Of a stretch of 64,000 bases of DNA, positions 1-9,143 are shown one piece after another. The notes under the pieces are model-generated. The model searched no databases and was not told the DNA's origin. It worked only from the letters and a program-made list of their open reading frames with translations. A program made the translations under genes and the position numbers. This DNA comes from Lepidodermella squamata (lineage: Eukaryota > Animalia > Gastrotricha): contig JBLDXI010000041.1 of the NCBI GenBank assembly GCA_047495785.1, forward strand, positions 1-64,000, given 5' to 3'. Each line of letters starts with the position of its first letter. Positions within the stretch are counted from its first letter, which is position 1.

Positions 1-99
1 ACCCTAACCCTAACCCTAACCCTAACCCTAACCCTAACCCTAACCCTAACCCTAACCCTAACCCTAACCCTAACCCTAACCCTAACCCTAACCCAACCC
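1..99. repeat. Terminal telomeric array (CCCTAA)n, i.e. TTAGGG on the - strand
   Basis: The window starts with ~15 perfect TAACCC units and ends in a variant CAACCC. The C-rich strand on + fits a left chromosome end. Confidence 0.97.
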
Positions 100-326
100 G
101 ATCAATCGCTCTTCAACAGCACTATCTGTTAAACTTTGTTTTCAACATATAGTAAGTTTGAGGACACTAGTGTAAAACCCTTCATAACTTTTGCTTCAAC
201 GTTTGACGAATATTGAAGTAATTTGAAGTAATTTTTTTCAAAGTTATGAAACTGTTCCAAGGCAGTAGACTTATGTTGAAATGTTTACAATTTATTTATT
301 TCTAATTCTATCCTTTGTAATTTCCC

Positions 327-460
327 TGACTCCCCTGGGTCATGGTGAAATATTAATAATTTGCCTGACTCCCCTGGGTCATGGTAAAATAAATAATTTC
401 CCTGACTCCCCTGGGTCATGGTGAAATAAATTCAAACAGAAAATGACTCCCCTGGGTCAT
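327..460. repeat. Four copies of the quasi-palindrome TGACTCCCCTGGGTCAT at ~37-41 bp spacing
   Basis: Identical 17-mers start at 327, 366, 403 and 444. Confidence 0.9.
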
Positions 461-722
461 TCTTCTGATTGAATTGTATTCATTTTTTGAATACAAATTT
501 TGTCTGAGTTCCTTTGAGCCATTTGTCGGGAATTTTTTATCGGATCTCAGTATTATCGCGGAGTGGTTAGGAACACATAATTTTTGTGATGAAGAATTAT
601 CACAAACGTGAAAATGATGCTCATCTTGGATCCCTATGATGGAGTAATGGTAGGGCCCGGTTTGACTCTCGGTAAAACGAGAGGCCCCGGTTTGCAGCTC
701 GTCTGTATTAAACTATTACCAA

Positions 723-775
723 TAACCCTAACCCTAACCCTAACCCTAACCCTAACCCTAACCCTAACCCAACCC
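723..775. repeat. Internal telomeric tract (TAACCC)8 plus AACCC
   Basis: Read directly from the sequence. Confidence 0.95.
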
Positions 776-786
776 GATTCTACTAA

Positions 787-851
787 GAGGTTAAAGTTAC
801 TGATGAGCTACACTAGCCAAGTAGCGAAACCGGTCTGACGATGGCTACCTC
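787..851 (+). ncRNA. Type I hammerhead ribozyme with minimal palindromic stem III and a pseudoknot
   Basis: Core CTGATGA 800-806; stem II GCTAC/GTAGC 807-811/821-825; GAAA 826-829; stem III within ACCGGT; GTC cleavage triplet ending 835; stem I GTTA/TGAC plus GAGG/CCTC. Loop II TAGCCA (814-819) is complementary to TGGCTA (842-847). Confidence 0.88.
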
Positions 852-1162
852 AACTCGAGTAGAATCTATGCTTTAAAGTCATAAAGCATATTATTAACCT
901 TACCGTTAATATTATTGGATTAAATATCCATTCATACAAAACGTGTGCTTACCCACATGTTAAGAATTCAGAATTTTTGTATTCTCTATTCTAGTCCGTC
1001 GTGACTTATTCGGTATAGACCTAGTACTATCCGATCTACAACATTTCACCACTGATTCGACATTCTCTTGATCGGTTCTTGCGGAAATAGTGGTTGGGCC
1101 CGGCCAATTCGCTACGTACGAATTCCCGGTTTACAGCTCGTCTGTATTAAATCTAAAGAAAA

Positions 1163-1221
1163 AACCCTAACCCTAACCCTAACCCTAACCCTAACCCTAA
1201 CCCTAACCCTAACCCTAACCC
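1163..1221. repeat. Internal telomeric tract, ~10 TAACCC units, preceded by an A-rich run
   Basis: Read directly from the sequence. Confidence 0.95.
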
Positions 1222-1301
1222 CTTTTGTCATTCGAGCTCGTATTAGCACGGCCACCAACTGCGGTGGTCACACAGCACATGAAAATAATTTAGTTAAAAA
1301 T

Positions 1302-1778
1302 ATGTGCAAATTGTTTCCCTCAGATTCGCTCAACGCCGACGTCGTACAAGTCCGGGACCAGTGGGTCAACAAGGCCATCGGCGAACTCCGTACTCGTTCG
1401 GGGTACGCTCGCTCCGTAGCCGCCCACGCCGTGTACGACGACGCGTCAGATGCGTTCAGGGGCTGTGCCAACCCCGCCGAAACAGCCGACTACGCCGCCC
1501 GCGCGTTCAACAAGGCGTGTCGTCAAGGCAGCACCGTGCAAGCAATCCGTCAGATGCGCAATGTCAACTTGGGCGTGTCGAGGGAGAACTTTGTCACCGC
1601 ATGGAAAGCTGCGCTGTTCGCCATGAACGGCAAAAACCTGCGAGACAACATAGTCTGCGGGTGGCAAGTTTTGCTTGAACAGCTAGCTCAATTTGATGAA
1701 CCGAAGGACCGTAGTAACCCTACTAACCCTAACCCTAACCCTAACCCGGTATTCAATAAGAAACTAACCCAACCCTAA
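1302..1778 (+). other. GC-rich ORF fragment of unknown family between telomeric tracts
   Basis: The open frame MCKLFPSD...EPKDRS runs into telomeric repeats. It is visibly GC-richer than its flanks and has no recognisable motif. Confidence 0.3.
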
Positions 1779-1793
1779 CCCTAACCCTAACCC
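1715..1793. repeat. Two degenerate internal telomeric tracts separated by a 17-nt spacer
   Basis: TAACCC units at 1715-1747 and 1765-1793 with variants. The spacer is GGTATTCAATAAGAAAC. Confidence 0.9.
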
Positions 1794-2120
1794 CTGGTCG
1801 AGTTTTACACTTCCCCGTACAATGGGACACAAAAATGGTCGAGGAGTTAATATAATCTGTTACACCGGCAGATTTATTTTTCGCGACTACGGCAGGATAT
1901 TCGTTTTTAAATGAACACCTAATGTAGTGTTCGTTTTTTTTCCGTCTCATATATTCAACTGTTTTCGTTGGTAACATATCTTTTCGAATTGAAATAGGCA
2001 TTTATTTCCAATTGCAAATGCTCCATATAATTGCGCATATAGTTTATCCAAGAAAATAATCAGATTTTCAATTTTGCGGATTTAAAAATATTAGATCTAT
2101 AAGCATCGGGTATGGACGGC

Positions 2121-5100
2121 TCAAGCAACGGCTATCAGCGGTAATACAGTGTCTATGGCGAAACATCTTCTGATAGTAGAGTTATTTTCATCACCATCTC
2201 CTGCGACCCGCAGGATAGACTTCGACAATGTCTCTGCTGGTCGATTAAAGTTTTCGTCCAGGTAAATATGTCGGAAAAGGGTGTGAAACAGCTGAGCAGC
2301 CATGTAGTCTTCTGAAGATTCGCTCAACTCTACACAGGCGATCTAAATGAAGGTAAATTTGAAAAGCCGCTAGTTCGATAGCAAATATTTCTTTATACCA
2401 GGTGACTTGAGTTGATAGTGCGTCCACTCAGTCTTATCCTGCATGAAAAAACATGAAAAGTTATGTAACTGCATCTTGAATACTTCATGAAATATCGTTT
2501 GACTCACACTAATGATTTTACACTTCCCCGTTTCGCTACTGAGCGAACCTTCCAATTAATTTCAGATTTAGCCCAAAGCCGTGACGTTTTCATTCCTAAA
2601 ATGAGAAGCCAAGTAATACGAGCGAGAAAAATAAAGTTACCCTTATACCAGTCTTAGATTTTTCCTCTTTCCCATCGGCATGTGTTGTTTTCGCGAATAG
2701 CCAAAAGTCTAAAACCATTAATAATAATAATAATAATAATACAAAATTATATTGCACAAAAATGGCAATTTTACCGAGAAATCTTGCTAAGATGACACCG
2801 GGTTTTTTCCACCTGATTTCCTTCACATCCAGTACCACGTTGAGTGGTTCATTGACATCCATCGGGGACGAGGCAAATACGTAGCAGGTGAAGGAGAGTA
2901 GAGCAATAACCTGTCATGAAATTGCATTGAAGCGAATATAATAATTTAATAAGTTTATAATCATACCATGTTGCGTTTATCCCGACTGGATGAAAGCAGA
3001 GTTTTGTCGAAAGCCGCTGATGAATTTGATGAGCAAGGGAATGCAGCAAACGATCTCGCGTGGATCGGATGTTGGCCATTCTGTTGTTGAGGTTGCAAAA
3101 GCTGTTTCTCACGACGTACTACTTTGACACTTGGACATTCAACATCTGATATCCACTCTGGTTCAACTGGCACTAGGCTATTGACAAAGACGTGAAATGG
3201 CGGAAATCGTTGGTTTCGAGCAGCCGTCCGCTTTGACGAAGCCGACTGCGATTTGCGACGGCGAGTGTTCTGCCAAAGTGTATCGTCTGGATCGTCTTCG
3301 TCGTCATCCTCAATAGGACGATGACATAGCTGAAGCCGTAGCCAAATACTGTACGAGTGATTGACCAATTTGGAAAGACGAGGAAGTCTGATACCACTGA
3401 AAATTTCGTTTTCTTCCAGGGGCATCGGACCGTTGATTGTGTATTTTCTAGTTTAAAGATGTATAAACCGAAATGGTGTGAAATACAATGAAGGAATATT
3501 CACCTTTTAGCGTGAACACTACAGAACTTGTTAGCGACAATTAAACGTATCCTCCATTGCATGACGCTAGATTTGAGCGATGAATAAAAGTTCGCGGAAG
3601 CAGCCGTGTTATGAAGGCGACTGAAAAAAGATGCCACGGATAGTTAGTCCTATATTTACATTATTACAATGAGAGGCTCTATTCGTGGACGCGAATAGGG
3701 ATGTTATCGTTAACAAGATCTATATATTGCTATGTGCAACACGCGCCGTCTACCTCCTAACAGTGTTATTTTAGGGTTAAGATTAGTGGTCGTGTAGGAA
3801 CTCTCTCGCAACTAATAACTTGCCGATGAACTTACCGAAAGAAAATGGCTAGAACACAGTGTTTTTGATGCTCGATTAGTTGCATACGTACGGAGACAAT
3901 GCACCTCTGATAACATTCCCATTGACCTGAGGTGCGTCCGGCTACCGAGTTGCTGCTGTAACCAGAAACGGATTTGCCATCACTATTTAGTCTGAGATGC
4001 TAGTAATCTCGGGAGAAACGGATGGAAGAGCAACTTACTTGAGAAATTCGCCGTTTGTAATGGCTCCGGCTGCAGTTGCGGACAACTGTTGAGACTTGAC
4101 AGACGGCATTCCGTAACTATCGACAGCGTTAGTGCGGCGACTTGTCTCGGGTGCGATTATCTGTACAAGGTCATTTATGAGTTCAGTCGAAGAGCGCTTG
4201 ATGAGCTCGTTTGTTTGCAACGTGCCGTAGATAAGGTTGTCGAGAGACGATGGAATGCTGCCGCGGCGCCACGATGGTCTGCGATCGGCGGACATCGTCA
4301 ATCGTTCCGAGCGGTCAAGGTCGTTACTGGTTCCTGACGTTGGCAAACCACCATAAAACGAAGAAGATGACGGAACAGCGGCCGACTCGGTGCTCAGCAT
4401 TGTCATTAAGTTTGCGCCGCTCTTCCGACCGCTCGTCGCACCGGCGGTGGCACCTCCACCGGCGCCGCTGGCGTTGCTGGACCGCAGGTTTGTAAATGAG
4501 CCGCCCAGGCGCTGCTTGTCGCTGAGAAAAAAGCGAAACATGGTCAGTTTGTCGGTGAATCTGACGATGCAAATCAATATGGGTTTACGCTTGATGCGCT
4601 ATATCATTGCTTGCGTGCATTATTGCATTACAACTTAGCGTACTTAGTTTTTTCTCGCTTGAATTAGCCTCGTGCCGCGTAAAGTTTGATGATAATGGCG
4701 TGCGATGGCTGATTTTGCGCTCGTGATTTAAAGCTGGCATTTTTTATGGCGGGCCCAGATGGGCTAATCCGTAGGGATGTGTTTTTAAGCGAATTCTCGC
4801 CGGAAACTATACACACGCTTGCATTCATTTGTCCTAAAGGATTTGAAACGCGTTTATCACCAATAGGTTTGTACGCACATTTATCAATATCAAAAATATG
4901 AGATTACATGGTTGGAATGAGGAAGTTTGGCACCTTCTTCGGAACAATGACTCTTTCCTTGAGCGAAGTCGTGAGCTTGAACTGCTCGCATGTGCTACAC
5001 GGTCCGGCGCCAGGTGCATGGTTGTGGTGGTGCAGTTGGTGCGATAACAGGCTTCCGGAAGGTGTCTGGCTGACGTTTGTAAAACTTGCCAGTTTCTCAG

Positions 5101-5434
5101 CGCCACTGATCGACGGCCGGCCACTAAGGCGGCGACGCCAAGACCAAGCTGATGTTCCAGAGCCACCAGAAGCTCCGGATCCACGCTTTGGGCGATGGCT
5201 GTCACGCCTTTGTTGGCCAGTTGCAGTTCCCGCAACATTGATCGACGAGCTTGATGGCATGTTGGTGGCAGAGCAGTCCTGACTGTAAACTCCATCGTCG
5301 CTCTTGCGTCCAACTAGGCTTGAAAACTTGGATGAAAAGCTCGAAAAGAAACCACCACCACCACTTCCTGCTGCCGGGGCTGCCTCGACACTGACACTGC
5401 TCTTTGCCGACAGCATGCGGCTGTCATCGGCCAT
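2121..5434 (-). CDS. Multi-exon gene: low-complexity Ser-rich N-terminus and probable degenerate tandem C2-like (synaptotagmin-like) C-terminus
   Basis: GT-AG exons can be joined in one frame from MADDSR... to ...LIAVA*. The C-terminal pattern KSKTGMKT..EINWK...ITFHVFS...HLIACVEL resembles a C2B domain. The product call is tentative. Confidence 0.5.
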
Positions 5435-8400
5435 GTCGCACGCCGATCAGGCCGCGCTCAGGCGACCGAAGCCAGCCTTCCGAAGGCAGCGTCCAGCTGC
5501 AATTTCCAGTGTGTTGAATGTTAGGTACTTGAAAAATCCTAAAGGATTGGACGTAAAGTTTGGTGATCAAAGGCAAAAATACAGGCGGCAAGCAGAGCCA
5601 TCGGTTGCACAGCATGTAATAGTATTAAATCCATTATTGTTATTAGTGGCGAGGCCGGGTCGCAGTTAATGTAATAACCGCGTCCTCTTGGCGCTGGTTC
5701 ACCGACGTCCGCACGATCGTGCAGATGCGCGCCGCCATTCCCCTCTGTGCGGCGACACAACTCAAAGCTTCGCAGCAGAGGCAACTGGCACTCGTGCCGT
5801 ATATATATATATATTTATGTTATATTATATTCAGCTAATGCTGAGCGATATAAGGTTTTATAGATTTTTCTATTATTTTCATGAAAGTGTAAAGTATATA
5901 TAATAATATTACGGTTCACTCTTGAAATGAGCCATTTACCGCCGTCGCTGTTTTGCCTATCCTCTCTCGCCGTAAGATTGCAAGGGAGAAAAACGGCGGC
6001 GGCGCCGACGATACACGCGCAGCCGGGCTCTACTTGTCCCAGCTTGCCCGCCGGTACGACGCCATATCGCCGAGAAGTCAACAAGCGATAAGTTGATATT
6101 GTACGCGAACGTGAACTTCACCGGCGAAATCGATGGTTCACTTTGCTCTCAGCAAAATGCATGTATGCTGCCGCATACGCCGTCATCGCCTACACATGCG
6201 AATAGGAAGTTTTCAATATATTTCTTAAGCAACAAATAAAATCTAAGCTTACAGCGCCGAGCTGGCGTGAGAATTAGGTTGCGGTGTGGAGAAAACCATC
6301 ATTCAGCCAAGGAAGATCACACGACTATGCTAATACAACGTTATCAACTACGTTGATGCTGAACCGTAGCTTCAGCAGCACTCTGAGCTTTCCGTTTAAT
6401 CAATTTGCAACAAAGTAAAACCATCGACTTGCAAAGGTCACGTCTGCTTTTATTGCGGCAACTTAGTTAACTTATCAGGCTAATCATCACCTTGGCTGCA
6501 GGGTGTATATTTTAGCGCTGCGTTCGATTTGGGCACATAGTCGGGCATTTCGATGCGCAGTCTTTTTGACAACATGTCTGACGAATGCAGGTGCACGACA
6601 TGTGTATGTGTATGTGTGTGCGTATGTGTTTGCGTCCGCGCCTGGCTAGTGAGAAATTAAAAATCGAGCGAAAATTCGAACAGCAAATAGTGAACGAGGC
6701 TTTAATCACAGCTTGTGCTCGCCCGCGCCGTGTAAACTCAGTATATCAATATAGCGGCAGCCCATTTTTTATGCGCGCGTATACTATCTACGAACATCAG
6801 CATGCCGCGTTGTTAATATGTAATTTTATATAGAATCTAGAAAATTATCGTGGAAAATAAATATTATAGGGATTAGCCACGCTCCTCTATATTTTGTGCA
6901 TCCGCAGCCGAGCGAGAACACGCAGCCATCTTTGACGCCATCTCCACCTCGCCAGCAGCAGCTGAAAGGCCGCTCAAATATTATGCGCTGCACGTAATGC
7001 GAAAATTTCAGACTCTGCGTGTCGCGATCTGTGATAATCTGATGGCCTTTGTCGTGCGTGCGTATTCTCTACCGGATGCGCAGCTACGGGGAAGCAATAT
7101 ATTCACAATTTTTCCATCAACGACCAAATCATTTGACGCGGAAATGGCACACTGATTTGAGGATGAGCAAAATATATTCACAGCAGAACTAAATTATCAG
7201 TTTCACGCTGCACCAGCCGATTTTTGTGTTTGCTTGTAAATGATAATTATTCCTGGCAATAAAACCGAGCATACATATCGGCACGAAACTCCAAATAGCA
7301 GAAAAGCATATTTGCATTTTACATCGAGCCATCTTACATTTAGCGGTACATATAAAAATTCGTTCAGTGAATCGACAGCCTTTTTCGTTATTCTTCCATT
7401 CCCACAGCGATGAGCTTCCGAATGAACTTGTTTTTGGCAGTTTTGCGACGCCACGCGACTCCGCAGCGGTTCTACTGAAATATTCAATACGAAATCATGC
7501 TACGTTTTTTAGGTTGGTTGAGCGAGATTCGCAAGAAACTGAGTGAGCGAGCAAGAAAAAGAGTTTTTGTCGCAATGTCCTGCGCGTTGTACCATAACCG
7601 CATAATCGTATAAAGATTGCGACACTTACTCAGGTTGAGGCTCGCCAATTAACTACTTTTCTCGTTTCTTTATACCTTTAATTTAATTTCTCTACCACAT
7701 TAAAAGAGTCTCAAGGCCGCTGAAATAGTGTGCGCCTCACGCTGCACGTAATGCGTAGGCGTCTTTCTCAAGGCGCAATTTTTGAATGTATTATTACAAA
7801 GTTGTATTTGTCGAAATTTTAAATGTCAGTTGTGAGATTTATTTGCAAAAAATAGCGAAACAAATAAAAAATAATGCACAAAATAATAATCCATTTTTAT
7901 TCGAACGAAATTTGAATATCGCGCGCTATTTTGCAAATGCATCAATATCGGGCCTAATACCTATGAACTGAGAAGAGGAGAAAGAAGGGAAAGATTAAAG
8001 AAAAAACGAAAGCATTTCGGCGGTAAAAAACAAGACGATGTTATAGAAAATTGATGAGCTTTAATAAGATTCATCAAGTCTGCTGTTTAGAGGTGATATT
8101 CATCACTTATATTTTTTGGTAACCTAGAGTGTTGTATAATAAGTATGCCTTATATATCAGGCAACGCAGCTGTTGAAAAAGGGCCGGTCAATGATTATGC
8201 AGTTGGAAACTGAAGAAAAAATTGCGAGGGAAGTTGTACATTTAAAAGATCTTGACACACCTGAAAGTGGTTACTTACCGGCAATCGACATAAAACGGCA
8301 AACGGCAATAATCAGTTTTCCTGCCAAGTTTTTTGCTAAGTGATTATATGGTATTTTCAACTTATTGCAATAGAATAGCGCAAAATTGCCACTTCTACTT

Positions 8401-9143
8401 ATATGCAAATTTTTGATGTAAGGATAATGTTGTAATCAAAAATAAAAAATTGCTACTGAATGCTTATTTTCTAAAAAGAGCCGTGCAAAATTGAAATTAT
8501 CCATCAGAGCCTTTATACAGGATACTTTTTGTGAGATTGGAGCTAAATCTGAGCACGTTCAAAATAATTGATACGGCTGCCAGCGTTGAAACTAGCGGAT
8601 TGTTACCTTGCATATTGCCCAAGTATACAACCAATAAAATACGATCATTCGGGCGCTGAATTGCGCTTTAATTAACTTATTTAACTTGACACATCTCATC
8701 ACTTATTCAAATAGGATCAATAAAATAGGCTATTTCAAATAATTAAGTATAAGGCTTTGTAGTGGCTACTAGTCTATTTATTTCTCGAAGTAGAAGGGGA
8801 CGACGTTTCGGACACAAGTGCTATTTGACTGAATTTTCTGAAAAAGCCCAAAACTATTTCAAACTTCTGCTTGACCTAGTAGATTCAACCTATGAATAAA
8901 TAAAATGCGAAGAAAAGCTGCCGCTTAAAACAAAGATGGAGGATCCGGCGACAGACCTGTTGACAGGCTCATCGATCACGACATGTTAGACAAACTGGAA
9001 ACATCAACAGGTGACGTAATGGCAGTAGGAAGCTAGTGCTGTTTAGAAAAGCATAACTATTTGCTATTTCCCTTTAATCATTTTTGGATTTCTTAGATAG
9101 CTTAGCCATCTTTGGAAAGAATAAGCCGTAAGCACCTCTCATT

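Larger units (their letters stand above)
100..1793 (+). mobile_element. Chain of telomere-repeat-delimited units, putative telomere-attached Penelope-like/terminon-like retroelement ends
   Basis: Units 100-722, 776-1162, 1222-1714 and 1748-1764 are separated by (CCCTAA)n tracts. Units 1 and 2 share a 5' junction (CCCAACCCGAT) and a 3' motif (686-712 / 1125-1151). A hammerhead lies at 787-851. No RT ORF is visible. Confidence 0.55.

Noticed and set aside
327-460. CRISPR-like spacing of the 17-mer array
   Set aside because: The context is eukaryotic, the spacers are related to each other and there are no cas genes.
631-690. tRNA-like look (A-box-like GAGTAATGGTAG, T-arm-like CCGGTTTGACTCTCGG)
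   Set aside because: There is no anticodon arm or acceptor stem, and the pattern is not preserved in unit 2.
608-838. ORFs with TLTLTL/NPNPNP runs (also the start of 1068-1778 and the end of 1753-2001)
   Set aside because: These are translations of telomeric repeats. The shared PGLQLVCIK peptide simply reflects the shared 27-nt DNA motif.
1803-2531. 16-nt identity TTTTACACTTCCCCGT at ~1803 and ~2516
   Set aside because: A single short match with no extension; plausible by chance in a 64 kb window.
8785-8830. Minus-strand CCGAAACGTCG followed by AATAAA, resembling the 3' half of a Penelope hammerhead
   Set aside because: The CUGANGA half of the core is absent; at most a remnant.
8000-9135. 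Possible small exons upstream of FAAP24
   Set aside because: Could not be joined into a consistent or recognisable reading frame.
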